Positions 1 through 12,600 of a DNA stretch of 64,000 bases are shown in pieces. The translations under genes and the position numbers were made by a program. Each line of letters begins with the position of its first letter. The stretch's first letter is position 1. The stretch lies in contig NC_043007.1 in assembly GCF_006345805.1 (NCBI RefSeq), positions 35,898,001-35,962,000 of the forward strand, read 5' to 3'. Source of the DNA: Octopus sinensis. Lineage: Eukaryota. The notes below the pieces were generated by a model, which saw only the letters and a list, made by a program, of their open reading frames with translations, was not told the DNA's origin and did not search any database.

Positions 1-649
1 TCATTTTATTGCAGACATTGACACAATCTACATATGTTCAGGTTGAACATTAATCAGCCATCAGTGAAAAGAAGAGAGTCCTGCAAATGACATAGGCACT
101 GCTTCTACTCCTCCTCCTTTTACCTGTCATAAACTTATCAACTCTCAAAGTTCAAAAATTTGTATTGTGAAAACCGTTATCTATGAGATCATTGAAGAAG
201 TCTTCTGATGGTGAGTAAGAAGGTGTGTGTGTCCAGCAACACACACACACACAGATGTATATCATTGTCATCATTTAACATACATTTTCCCTTGATTGTA
301 TGGACCACAATTAATCTATCGAAGCAGATTTTCTAGGACAAGATGTCGTTTGTGTCATGAACCATCGCCTGTTTCCAAGCAAGGTAACACTGCCCAAGAC
401 CAGACATGGTTTTCGAGGAAGACTGAAAATGAAGAACACCTCAGAATGAAGGTGATGCTCATTTACTACCACCATATGATGCCAAAACAAGAATATACAC
501 ACACACACACACAAGTCTCCTTCCACCAAATCCATTCACAAGGCTTTGGTCAGTACAGGGTTATAGTACAAGACACCCAAAAGTACCATACAGTGGTACT
601 GAACCCAAAAGCACTTGGTTAGGAGACAAGATTCACAACCATACCTGTG

Positions 650-712
<63 letters not shown>

Positions 713-780
713 TACATGTGTATATAGTTATATATACATACACATGCACTTACATGTATACATATATATATATATATACA

Positions 781-899
781 CGAGCAAAATGCCCCCACCC
801 CGTCCAATGAACGGTGCTGAGTTGTCAAACATTTAAACCAAATTTTCTCAAAACAACTTGTCCGACCGTCCCATAGGCCTCCCTTTGAGAAACACTGAT
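781..899. mobile_element. hAT-like MITE remnant (one terminal inverted repeat)
   Basis: Ends in TTTGAGAAACACTG, the reverse complement of the CAGTGTTTCTCAAA terminus typical of hAT/Charlie MITEs. The partner TIR was not found. Confidence 0.4.
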
Positions 900-1109
900 T
901 TAACCTAAATTTGAGACACCAGCAAAAGAAGAAATAAAGATAGACTTTTTTTTCTATTCCAAAGAAAAACGATTTTATTCACACAAATATACAACCGAAG
1001 AGTTTAAAAGTACCAGTAATGATAAGGCTGTTGACTGGGAGAACACAAACATGGTTTAAACAGTAAGCTTGGCAGGAAAGAAATGTGCCTTTAAGCAGTA
1101 CAAAAATAA

Positions 1110-1328
1110 CAAAAAATGGAAGGTGCAGTTATGTACAGGTTGACGGAAGAAAAGCAGGACAGAAAGGGCTTTATCGATCGCATTCTCACCTGGAATCGAG
1201 CTTTGTAATTTTTTCAAGACTTATATACACCCTGATACCGTCGGTATCTACATGTCAAATTTGAGCGCAATCGGATGGAGGATGCCCAAGATCCGAGAAC
1301 AGACAGAACGGATTTTATATAAGAGATA
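1110..1328 (+). mobile_element. Helitron/Helentron-like non-autonomous repeat, 3' part
   Basis: TGTCAAATTTGAGCGCAATCGGATG...ACAGACAGAACGGATTTTATATAAGAGAT resembles the 3' ends of DINE-like elements. Confidence 0.4.
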
Positions 1329-1799
1329 TACACACACACGTGTGTGTGTATAATATAGTCTTCTGCTAAATCACTGCTAGACAGAACAACAGACAAGCTA
1401 CATATTCTGTTAATTATAGTATTTGTGTAACATAGTTCCATCCTGTTCGTCCCATATAGTAATATCAAGGGTTGTTATTCCTATCAGGAATAAAGTGGCT
1501 TTGCACCCTCATTCATGCATAAAGCATATGTTGTACCAAGATGATTTGTCCTGATTCCTAAATATAAAGTCACTTGCTTGAAGAGGAATGCATTGAACCA
1601 ATGATTGGCTTGTCAGAAACTTAGAAATAATGAAGCTATTGTTTAAAAATTATGATATTAAGTAAATAAATAAATATAGGAAAACAAACTACCAAGATAT
1701 TTTATATATATATATATACTATATATATATGTATATATATACACACACCTCCACCCCTCACAGTGATGGGCAATTAAACCAGTTGTGTATATACATACA

Positions 1800-2085
1800 T
1801 ACATATGAAGGTATACATGCATATATGTAAGTATTTGTATGTTGTGTATATATATATTTGTAATTATGTACTATCTGTGTATATCCCACTGATGAGGCAG
1901 AGTATATTTTTATACAGAGTCAGAAATCTGGATCTGGGATTATCCAATAGTTTTTTTGTTAGTTTATTTGTCTGTTTGTCTTTTCACATTGTGCTGTATG
2001 AATACATGAAGTGGTTTTAGAGTCAAGTTTTGACTGCTATCTCTAGCATGGTGGTATCTCTTAGATACCCTTAATTATAATTATA
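1800..2085 (+). mobile_element. Hammerhead-bearing repeat family F, partial copy (Penelope pseudo-LTR or retrozyme-like)
   Basis: Alignable by eye with 21230-21505 and with the arms of the 31712-31865 palindrome. Confidence 0.6.
1883..1940 (+). ncRNA. Type I hammerhead ribozyme-like motif
   Basis: Stem I ATCCCA/TGGGAT; core CTGATGA; stem II GGC..GTATA-TTTT-TATAC..GTC; one extra A; GAAA; minimal stem III TCTGGA; cleavage triplet ATC. Confidence 0.6.
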
Positions 2086-2107
2086 TATATGTGTATCATG
2101 TATATGT

Positions 2108-2460
2108 TGCAAGATGTTTGCTTCCCATCCCAAATGGTTCCAGCTTCAGTCCAACTGCATGGTACCATGGGCAAGTGTTTTCTACTATAGCCTTTAGCCA
2201 ATCAAAGCCTTGTGAGTGGGTTTGCAAAAGTGAAACCGAAAGAAGCCCATAGTGTGTGTGCCTGACCCCTGTCATCACTGGACAATCAGTGTTGGCCTGT
2301 TTACATCCCTGTAACTTAGGGGTTCAGCAAAGAAGATAGACAGAATAAGTACCAGACTTGAAAAAACTATGAGTACTAGGGTTGATTCATTCAAGAATTC
2401 TTCAAGGTGGTGCTACAGCATGGCCACAATCTAATGACTGAAATAAGTAAAAGATAAATA
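2108..2460 (+). mobile_element. tRNA-derived SINE, family A (decayed)
   Basis: Matches the many copies with GGTTCAGTCCCACTGCGTGGCACCTTGGGCAAG...GCCTTGTGAGTGGATTTGG...CAGCATGGCC...ATGACTGAAACAAGTAAAAG. Confidence 0.7.
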
Positions 2461-2529
2461 AGATATTATTACATTTAAAAATATAAGAAAATTATGGGGC
2501 AAGTGAAATCGAATTTGGGGCGCTAACAG

Positions 2530-2952
2530 CTCCATCTGAGCAGGATCACTGCCAGAGCAGCGGTCTGGCTTCTGTGCCAGTGACACGTAAAAAGCACCAT
2601 TTGAGCGTGATCATTACCAGCATCGCCTTACTGGCACTTGTGCCGGTGACATGTGAACAAAACATTCAAGCGAGGTCGTTGCCAGTGCTGCTGGACTGAC
2701 TCCTGTGCAGGTGACATGTAAAAAACACCATTTGAGCTTGGCCATTGCCAGTACCGCCTGACTGGCCCTCGTGCCAGTGACACGTAAAAGCACCCACTAC
2801 ACTCTCAGAATGGTTGGCGTTAGGAAGGGCATCCAGCTGTAGAAACTCTGCCAGATCAGATTGGAGCCTGGTGCAGTCATCTGGTTCATCAGTCCTCAGT
2901 CAAATCATCCAACTCATGCTAGCATGGAAAGCGGACATTAAATGATGATGAT
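2530..2952 (+). mobile_element. SINE-like family C with internal ~60-bp tandem units and (GAT)n tail
   Basis: Repeated GCCAGTGACACGTAAAAAGCACC units, then CACTACACTCTC..GGTTGGCGTTAGGAAGGGCATCCAGC and a GATGATGAT tail, as on the RTE fragments. Confidence 0.75.
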
Positions 2953-3252
2953 GATATAGAAACTACTGAGATATGATTACTTGGGTCAATAGAACGAACT
3001 ATTGTCATCCTCCAAAATTGGTGACCTTGTACCTACTTTTAAAAGCATTATTATTATTAGCAATAAACATCCACCAAGATCAACTTTGTCTTTCATCCTT
3101 TTGAGGTCAATTAGATAAAATACTAATCAAGTAATGGGGTTGATGTAATTGACGAACCCCCTCTCGTTAAAATCCTACCAAGGCTGATCATGCCTTTTAT
3201 CCTGCCAAGGATGCTTTATACAATAATTGCTTGTCAAATATAAACATTTAAG

Positions 3253-3655
3253 GGTGGCGAGCTGGCAGAATTGTTAGCACACCAGGTGAAATGCTTAACG
3301 GTATTTTGTCTGCCGCTACGTTCTGAGCTCAAATTCCGCTGAGGCCGACTTTGCCTTTCATCCTTTCAGGGTCGATTAAATAAGTACCAGTTACGCACTG
3401 GGGTTGATATAATCGACTTAATCCGTTTGTCTGTCCTTGTTTGCCCTCTCTGTGTTTAGCCCCTTGTGGGTAGTAAAGAAATAGGTATTTCATCTGCCAT
3501 TACCTTCTGAGTTCAAATTCCGCTGAGGCTGACTTATCCTTTCAGGGTCGATTTAATAAGTACCAGTTATGCACTGGGGTCAATGTAATCAACTTAATCC
3601 CTTTATCTGTCCTTCTTTGTCCCCTATGTTTAGCCCCCTGTGGGCTAGTAGGGAA
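3253..3655 (+). mobile_element. SINE family B, tandem dimer (Meta/MESC-like core)
   Basis: GGCGAGCTGGCAGAA head and GCCTTTCATCCTTTCAGGGTCGATTAAATAAGTACCAG core present twice. Confidence 0.75.
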
Positions 3656-4392
3656 AAAAAGAGAAAGTCCTGTATATTTTTCCCTTTTTTCTTTCTTTCT
3701 TTTCTTTTGTTTATTTGTCTCCAGCCCATTGAAGCAGAGAAAAGCAACACTGATGATGCTTAATTTTTCAGGACCTCAAAGATGCCAACTTCCTACTTTC
3801 TTTATTGGAGAAAGTTATCCTCAACCAGAGACCAAAGACCAAGTGTTATACCAGGTAATGGATTAAACCTTTATTCAAGAACTCAGAATGCAATCAGCTG
3901 GAACATATGCTACAAGGAATCTAACCTGATGCTCAAACTAATCTGCAAATATGCTACCCCAGAGAGGTGCTATATTTTAAAATCCCCAAAAGGGGAAAAG
4001 TCAAAGCTGATCTCTGGAACAATTGGCCCCAGAGAACAGAGAATCAAAACAAGTACTGCAATATATTTTGTCTTATTCTCTAATGACTGCCAAATTCACG
4101 ATATGAGGGGTTGGGAGTCAACAAACCTCAACTCTTGTAATATAAACCTTCTGGTTCTATGACATAAAATTGTCTATTTCATAAGAATCTATATATAAAT
4201 CATAACTATCCATCATAACTTATGCAAGAACCTATCTGCTGACATCATGATAAAGTTAATGATTTTTATTAAATTCTCACCAGATGTAGTCCATAAATTA
4301 GTCTAAGATAACCCTATAAAGATGAGATGGTATAGTCATGACTAGAATCAGATCAGTGGAGTTAGTACAGGAAAACTTCGATTCCAACTGAA

Positions 4393-4636
4393 TCTCTCTA
4401 TATATAAAGCTGAAGTTGTCTGTGTATGGCAGGTTTGGTAGCCTTCAACTAACACTATTCAACTAACAATTATTTACATAAAAAAGGTGCTTTTCTTCTA
4501 TGAAAATCCCCATTTTTTATGATATTTTGACTGCTGTGTCGCCATTTTTCGGTGTATTTCAACCAGAAAAATGTTCACTTAAAAAGAATAACAAGCTACA
4601 TAATGCAAAATTTTTACTTTTCAAAAATTCCAATTC
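4393..4636 (-). mobile_element. Helitron-like repeat family H, internally deleted copy
   Basis: Homologous to 29407-29802 and 41577-41965. Confidence 0.7.
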
Positions 4637-5054
4637 ATACATTTCCTTATATTGGTCGAATGCACACAACATCAGTATGCTTTTTAGCACCCTAACCTGT
4701 TTAAATTCTACAACTACATTCTTGTGACTTTTTAATATTATTTATCAACGATGATTGATCTTAAGTCAGAACTTATAAAAAAATAATTTTTTTTCTTTTT
4801 AAATGCAGCTGTTTTTTATGAAAAGGTTGTAGAGTAAGAGGATATAAAAGACAGACTATAAAAATACTAGGAAAAGAAAAACCAGAAACATCTTTGTCAG
4901 TTAAATTTTAGAGCAGATCAAAGTTGGAACTAAAACATCGAACACTTTGACATCTTTACAAATAATCATTTTAAAAGAAATAGATTCAGTTATATAGGCA
5001 TAGTTGTGGCTAAGTGGTTAACAAGTTAATTTCTCAACCGTATGGTTCCGATTC

Positions 5055-5341
5055 GTGGAGGCGCAATGGCACAGTGGTTAGGGCAGCGGACTCACGGTCA
5101 GAGGATTGCAGTTTCGATTCCCAGACCAGGCGTTGTGTGTGTTTATTGAGCTAAAAGCTCCACGAGACTCTGGCAGGGGGTGATGGCGACACCTGTCGTA
5201 CTCTTTCACCACAACTTTCTCTTCCTGTTTCTTGAGTAACGCTGCAATGGACTGGCATCCTGTCCAGCTGGGGGATACACATACTCCACAGAAACCGGGC
5301 CCATGAGCCTGGTTAGGCTTGAAAAGGGCAACGTTTATCGT
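5055..5341 (+). mobile_element. tRNA-derived SINE with V-domain-like core, nested in a family A SINE head
   Basis: A box TGGCACAGTGGTTAGG; B box GTTTCGATTCCC; GCAATGGACTGGCATCCTGTCCAG core; 14-bp TSD TATGGTTCCGATTC at 5041-5054 and 5342-5355. Confidence 0.8.
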
Positions 5342-6540
5342 TATGGTTCCGATTCAGTCCTACTTCACAACATTTTGGGCAAGTGCATTCTACTCTGACT
5401 GGCCTCAAGTTACCAAAAGCCTTGAGTGGATCTGGTCAATGGAAAGAAGCTCAATGTGCATGCAAATCTGTGGATACATGCTTATGTATGTATATGTTTG
5501 TAGCTTCTTGTCTTCACATCTTGTAATAGTTGTAACCGAGTGTCAGGGTCATACAATGTCATTCATTTCCAATATTCTGTGAGAACATGTCTGGTCATGA
5601 AGAAATGTTATCTCGTTCAGAAACAGGTGAGGATTAGCAACAGGAAGGGCATCTAACCATAGAAAACTTCCATCAATAAAACCTGTCCAGCTCATGGAAA
5701 CATCGAAAAAGTGAACATTGAAAATGATGATGAAGATACGTGAAACCATATCTTTTTGAGATGAAAACATTGTTTGAATATAAAATTTAATAAAAGATTA
5801 TATTGTAAAATATTAAAATACAAAATTTATTAAAGAAACACTACATCTGTAACATATAGGTTAAATCCAAAACCAAAATTTAATAATGTCTTGTTCTTAG
5901 AAATGGAATTGTTTCTATCATGTCCTCATATCCTGCTTCATAGACATCCTCAGATCTGACTTGATCATTTTTAGTGCAGAAAATAGATGTAGACATGGTT
6001 GTGTAGTAAAGAAGCTAGCTTCTCAATTATGCTTTATAGCATGGCACATTGGGCAGGTGTCTTCTACTTCAGCCCCAGGTCTGAGAGAACCCTTTAACAT
6101 CTGTTTTCCATGCTGGCACGAGTTGGATAGTTGACAGGAGCTGGTCAGTTGAAGAGCCACCCAGGCTTCACGTCTGTTTTGGCATGGTTTCTACAGCTGG
6201 ATGCCCTTCCTAATGCCAACCACTTAACAGAGCATACTGGGTGCGGTTAGGGTTAGAGTTAGCATGGGAGCTTTTTATGTGGCACCAGCATCCATAAACC
6301 AGCAAGATTAAGAAAGCTGAGTTGAAAAGGGATGCAGGGGACACCTCTGTCTTGATAACATGTAATGGTAGTAAATGAACATCGCCATCATAAAAGCGAT
6401 GTTGTTCAATTTCCAGTCTTGCACGATAAAACATGCCTAGCTACAGGAAAATATGACCTTGCATTAAAACTGGTCAAAGTTGGCAACAGGAAGGGCATCT
6501 AGCTGCAGAAAATCTGCCTCAACAAATACTGTCTGAACCA

Positions 6541-6627
6541 TATTTTAGATTAAAAAATAACTTTATCTTAATTTTGAAAAATAAAAGAAGTATAAAAAAT
6601 CTGCATTATTTATGGGATGACCCAATA
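6541..6627 (+). mobile_element. mariner-type element, 3' end with TIR
   Basis: CTGCATTATTTATGGGATGACCCAATA is the same TIR as at 8428-8454 and ends in TA. Confidence 0.6.
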
Positions 6628-6654
6628 AACCTTATTTAACATGTTCATTATAGG

Positions 6655-6920
6655 CACAGGCATCGCTGTGTGGTAAGAAGCTTGCTTCCCAACACATGGT
6701 TCCGGGTTCAGTCTCATTGCATGACACCTTGGGCAAGTGTCTTCTCCTATAGCCTCGGGCCAACCAAAGCCTTGTGAGTGGATTTGGTACACAGAAACTG
6801 AAAGAACCCAATTGTATGTATATATATATATATATATATGTATATGTTTGTGTGTCTGTGCTTGTCCCCCCCACCATTGCTTGACAACCGATGTTAGTTT
6901 GTTTACGTCCCCGTGAAAAC
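6655..6920 (+). mobile_element. SINE family A
   Basis: GGCACAGGCATCGCTGTGTGGTAAGAAGCTTGCTTCCCAACACATGGTTCCGGGTTCAG head and family body. Confidence 0.8.
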
Positions 6921-7734
6921 TGGACGTTAAATGATGAAATCAATCTAACAAATATCAGTGATATTTGGGAGCCCTTAACACATTAAAATATACTTTACAT
7001 CTACTTGGAGTCATATCAGTACATTTTTACCAATCCCCCTGGCTTCAGTAGCCCAATAATTGGTTCAGACTGACTCCACAGCTGTGGCTAGAATGCCTTT
7101 GATCTTAGCTGTTTAATCATGGTTGATGAGAAGCTAAAAACAATAACAAAAGGGAAGGCATATTAGATAATGTAGTCGAAGATAAGTCTAAAAAATATAT
7201 AGAATTGACATGGATTTTGCACCCTTTATCATGGGTGTATATGTTTAGGGTTGGTTGAGCTTGAGTAAACAACAGCTTGAGACTTTGGCCCTGCTTTGTT
7301 GTTGTAACTGCAGGTGTTACCATAAGGGGTACAAAGAGATCTAAAGATCTACAGCAGCAACACCAACCTTTCCTTTAAGCCATAAGCCACAGACAAAAGG
7401 AGGAGGTGGGACTATGCACGTGTTTGTGTGTATATATACATATACACACATATATATATCTTTTACTTGTTTCAGACACTGAGCTGCAGCCATGCTGGAG
7501 CACTGCCTTGAAGGGTTTATTAGCTGCGTAAATCAACCCCAATACTTATAAACAGAGCTGCGTAAGATCAATAGTCTTCATACTGACAACATGCAAGAAT
7601 GCAGACGTGCAAGCATCCTACAATCTGATGACATCATTCATAGCTTAATGTGTTTTCCCACATTCTGTCTGTGAGAAAAATTTTCTTCTGGGACTATTTT
7701 TACAGTGAAAGATTTTCTCACGTTTCAGTATTCT

Positions 7735-8030
7735 TCTATTTGTTTCAGTGATTTGGCTGCAGCCATGCTGGAGCACTGCCTTTAGTTGAACAAATCGACC
7801 CCAGGACTGATTCTTTGTAAGTGTAGTACTTATTCTATCAGTGTCTTTTGCCGAACCAAGTTACGGGGGACATAAACAAACCAACGTCGGTTGTCAAGCA
7901 ATGGTGGGGGTGGGGTGGGGGACAGACACAGACACACAAATATATACATATATAATTATACAACAGACATCTTTCAGTTTCTGTCTACCAAATCCACTCA
8001 CAAGGCTTTGGTTGGCTTGAGGCTATAGGG
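7735..8030 (-). mobile_element. SINE family A
   Basis: Reverse complement of the family A body and tail. Confidence 0.75.
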
Positions 8031-8031
8031 G

Positions 8032-8454
8032 AAGTTATGATGGGGTTTTGTTTCACCAGGGTTTACAGGACATCCTCGTTGAGATCTACAGATTTTCCAG
8101 GATGAAGTTCATATTCTAGGCTGTAGTTTCTGGCTTGGAATTTCTGGAACCACCGTTGACACTGGCTTACGCTTATTGTCCGATCCCCATATACTGCATT
8201 ATATTCCTTGCACTTTCCATTGCGCTGTTGTCTTTATTGAACTCATAAAGCAAAATATGCTCCTTTGTCACTTCCATTAAAGCTTTGAAAAAATGTTAAA
8301 ATCGAACTGCACTCTTCAAAACTCGCACTAAGAATAAGGGCAAGGTAAAATTACTACCGGCTTTTAAAGCGAGTTGATGCAGGTAGTTTATCCTGGCCCC
8401 TCCGTTAGTTCATGCAATTGAAAAAACTGCATTATTTATGGGATGACCCAATAC
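8032..8454 (-). mobile_element. mariner transposon 5' fragment (TIR plus frameshifted N-terminal HTH of the transposase)
   Basis: ATG at 8277 (-): MEVTKEHILLYEFNKDNSAMESARNI, then after a frameshift AVYGDRTISVSQCQRWFQKFQARNYSLEYELHPGKSVDLNEDVL*TLVKQNP, a typical mariner N-terminus. Confidence 0.88.
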
Positions 8455-8604
8455 ATGATTATGTATGTGTGTGTGTGTATTTACACACACATGTATAACA
8501 TGGTTCAAGACGGTTTCTGTTTACCAAATTCGCTCACAAGCCATTGGTCGATTCAGGCTAGGCATGCCATTCAGAATGTTGTAGTTAGCCCATGACTAGA
8601 ATAT

Positions 8605-8830
8605 ATTTCTTTACTACCCACAAGGGGCTAAACACAGAGTGGACAAACAAGGGCGGACAAACGGATTAAGTCGATTACATCTACTCCGGTGCGTAACTGG
8701 TACTTAATTTATCGACCCCGAAAGGATGAAAGGCAAAGTCGACCTCGGCGGAATTTGAACCCAGAACGTAACGGCAGACGAAATACGGCTACGCATTTCG
8801 CCCGGCGTGCTAACGTTTCTGCCAGTTCGC
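8605..8830 (-). mobile_element. SINE family B (CpG-intact copy)
   Basis: Reverse complement of the family B consensus with CpGs retained. Confidence 0.8.
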
Positions 8831-9327
8831 CAGAATAACCTATGCAATATGAAAGAGGTGAGTGGTACGACAATCATCACAGCTGTTTAACAACATATGT
8901 ATAGCTCCCTAATCTTACTGGAAAAGTTTAACAGCTAGCCAGTCAGCCACCCAGCTTTGCGTTGAAGTTTCACCACATACCAATAATTATTTCCTTAAAT
9001 TAGCAAAAAGGGAAACATTAAAGACAAGGTGAGGCTCTCCTCCGAATTCGATGTTGTTTAGTACCGTAGGTCACCTCTGACGAAAGGCGTTCCACTCATG
9101 AGCACACCGTTTTTTTCTTTTGGTATACTATATCTTATTTCTTTATTGCCCACAAGGGGCTAAACATAGAGGGGACAAACAAGGACAGACAAAGGGATTA
9201 AGTCAATTAGATCGACCCCAGTGCGTAACTGGTACTTAACTTATCGACCCCGAAAGGATGAAAGGCAAAGTCGACCTCGGCGAGACACACAGTATGTATC
9301 TTTCCTCTCTACATATTTTTTTTAAGA

Positions 9328-9547
9328 TAAGAAAGAGCGATTTGAAGGAGATTTAGCTGTAATTTCTAGCAATCAAATAGAGCACGCAGGAAGCCCCACA
9401 AAACCCGACATTTTGAAGACATGTAATTGTAAGGTAAGAAAGAGTGATTTGAAGGAGATTTAGCTGTAATTTCTAGCAATCAAATCGAGCACGCAGGAAG
9501 CCCCACAAAACCTGACATTTTGAAGACTTGTAATCGTAAGGTAAGAA
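9328..9547 (+). repeat. Tandem duplication, ~107-bp period
   Basis: TAAGAAAGAG.GATTTGAAGGAGATTTAGCTG... starts at both 9328 and 9435. Confidence 0.85.
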
Positions 9548-9621
9548 CAAAAAAAACATATAAACAAAATCAAAGGCGAAGGAGGTGGGTATCACATGCG
9601 ATAGCTAATAGATACGAACGG

Positions 9622-9640
9622 GGGCGGTGTCACGTGGGCG
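9622..9640. promoter_or_regulatory. GC box plus E-box cluster in CpG-rich unique sequence
   Basis: GGGCGG at 9622-9627 and GTCACGTG at 9629-9636. Motif presence only; function not shown. Confidence 0.22.
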
Positions 9641-12600
9641 AGTAATCGATATTCGAAGAACACAAGAGTGCATGGTGCCAGCACTGGCAGGTCCAATAAA
9701 CCGAGCATGCGCTTTCTTGTGATTGCAGTTAGCTTCCTGTGGTGTATCGATTAGATAGATATGCTATACATCAAAACCGAAAGAGTTCAGGGTCGAACGA
9801 AGTACAAAAAAAATAATAAGTCACCGACAATTGACATCGGTCTAATGACGATTACCGCGAAGCTTCAGAACTGTGTCAGGAACAAAAAGTATTAACATTC
9901 GTGTATGTGCGTATGCATATACATTATATATATATATATATTTCTATATATATATATATATGCATACACATGCACACACAATGTCCGTGCGTGTGAATGT
10001 CGAATGACCCCATTACAGAAATATGGCTCGTAAATCAGTTAAAATAACAAAATAAAGTCATATTAAGCATTAAGTATTTCGGACGAGTGAAGGTGTTTTG
10101 CAAGTAAGCCTGATGCGCATTCTTAACAGCTGACCTTATATGAGTTTAGTTGCCTATGGACAACAGGTCACCCGAAACACGATACGCTGGGCCTGAACGT
10201 CTTCGCTGGGTTTGCTAACACCCTTTTAATCTTCAAGCAGATATTGGGAAAGTGACATTAGATAATGTAGTCCCTTGATATATCGCTGAAAAGACCGAAA
10301 CAGTCACAAATGGAATGACTGCTTTTAATCACACGTCTGCTCAATCAATGTTGACACAGAGCTGAACGACAACAACCTGATCACAAAATAATGGACTTAA
10401 CAAAAATGCATGTAGTATAAAATAAACTAACAAGGATCCAAAGTGACTCCAATCAGATTTAACATGTCTTTCAACTGGTTAAATTTTGTAGAAATTTAGT
10501 TTAAAACCTGTAAACCTGATTAGAAAAGAAATAGACTAAATAGTAGAGATCAAAGGTTTCTACATTAGTACCGTTCACCATTAACAAGTTTGCCAATGGT
10601 TACTAAAATTTTGATAGTTGACATGAAGAAACATTGTGGAAATTCTTTTCTTTTCATTTTTTACACCTAATGTTCATTTAAAAAAAAAAAGAGGTTAAGC
10701 CTTAGTGCTTTACAAGAAAGAAGTACATAAGAAGAGAAGGAAATGAATGAAAAAATAAGCTAATTATACTCGAAAATGATTCAACCGATTATAATACCCT
10801 TTGACGTAGATTTCTAAACCTTCACAACAAATACTTGTTGACTATATATGTGAGTGTATATATATATGGAGAGAGAGAGAGAGGATAAGAAAGTAGGTGG
10901 TAAAAATTAAAATGGTTAATCGTCAGAAGTTATTAAGTTGACAATCCAGAAATAATTATAGAGCAATCTATATAAATATATTTTTTTTAAAAACTCAGAT
11001 TTTGATGTCGTTTGATAAATGTATTTCTTTACAGCCCACAAGGGGCTAAACATAGAGGGGACAAACAAGGACAGACAAAGGGATTAAGTAGATTACATCG
11101 ACCCCAGTTGGAAACTGGTACTTTATTTATCATGCACGAAACTCTCGGTGAAGTCACTTTTTAAGAGGGAGATAGGGGAGGAGAAAGACAAAATCATGAA
11201 AACAGTATATTGTGTTGTTTAGCCCCTGGACAGCTGATGGAGTAAACCTACTCGCAATTAAAATGAATCCACCCTCGACTATCCCTTATTTCCATATATT
11301 TTTCTTCACTTTCATCTGCTCATTCGCTTATGTTTTTCCCCCCCACATAAGTGTTTTGTCTGTCCTTGTGTTGCCCCCTCTGTGTTAGGCCTTTATGGAT
11401 GGTGTAAAATATATATATTTCCAGATATTTTCTCTCGGGTGTAGTATAAAATAAGGACTACCTAATCTAATGCATCATCGTTCATTATTTTAAAGACAGA
11501 AGACGGTTTTTATGGAAATCTGACTGTTATTTCTCACAGATCGAGCAACCATATAGAGGCTATTTCACTAATTAGCAAACAAAACACGGGTAGGTAGAAT
11601 ATATTCTAACAGCAAAAGAGAAAAAAACACCAAGGTGCTGTTTACTAACCAAAAGAACAAAAGCCAAAATGTTGAACTAGAAATAAAATTACAGAAGACA
11701 GAAAACAAAAACACGCAAGGAGCGAGAAAGATGAGATTTTATATATAAAAAAAATATATATTGTCTTGGTAATATTACTAGCAAACATAACTAGAAAACA
11801 GGAAGTAAATTGAGGTTGATCTCATTTCTTCTTTTTTTTTAATATCGACCTGAGATTTAGATTTTTATAAGGTAGAGGGGGGGATTGGAGGTTGCGAGTA
11901 ACATTTCCCAAGGACATTCTAACGATGTTGGAGGAATTAAATGGTTTCAGGTGAGAAATGAAACCGCCACACCAAATCATAAAATAATAGTTTCTTTTTA
12001 AAGATATATATATTTGTTTTAAATATTAGGGTAATATATCGTGTTTGTTGTTGGAGTCGATCTGTTCAACAATATATTAGTTACATGACCACATACAGTC
12101 ACACATGGTGAGGCAACGAGGGAGGGGAAAACGAGCCTGTACATGGTCACACGAAATGCCATGAATAGCAGCCAAACCCCTTCTTAACTCATATACACTT
12201 AAAAGAAAAATGAAGATATGTTAGATGATTTAGTCTTAAGTATATAGAGAAAAAAATACTTGTGGGCTGACCTGGGGGTTTAAACAACATCTACGTTGTT
12301 AGAGAAAAGGGGCAATATAGAATAATGCATAGAATAAACACTGTAATTAGGTGAACATGGTTTGAAGCCTTTGTTCATAGACGTGTGAGATCAGAATTGG
12401 CCTGGGGCTAAATTACAACACTAATAATATCTGGTTAGTTAACTTGGTAGTGCAAAACATCATAGATAGGCATCATTGAACGAAGATAGCAAGTGCTTGT
12501 TGGCGGAGCCAGCAATGGGCGGTGTAAGATAAGAAAGGTCACCGCTGCCGCAAAGTGGTAGGGAGATTGTAAGGAGTCGAAATAGAGGACAAGCTGATAT

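Noticed and set aside
3772-4080. Faint resemblance to a PIF/Harbinger transposase N-terminus (R*WIKPLF...LQGI)
   Set aside because: Short, interrupted by stops, no catalytic motifs or TIRs; cannot be supported without a search.
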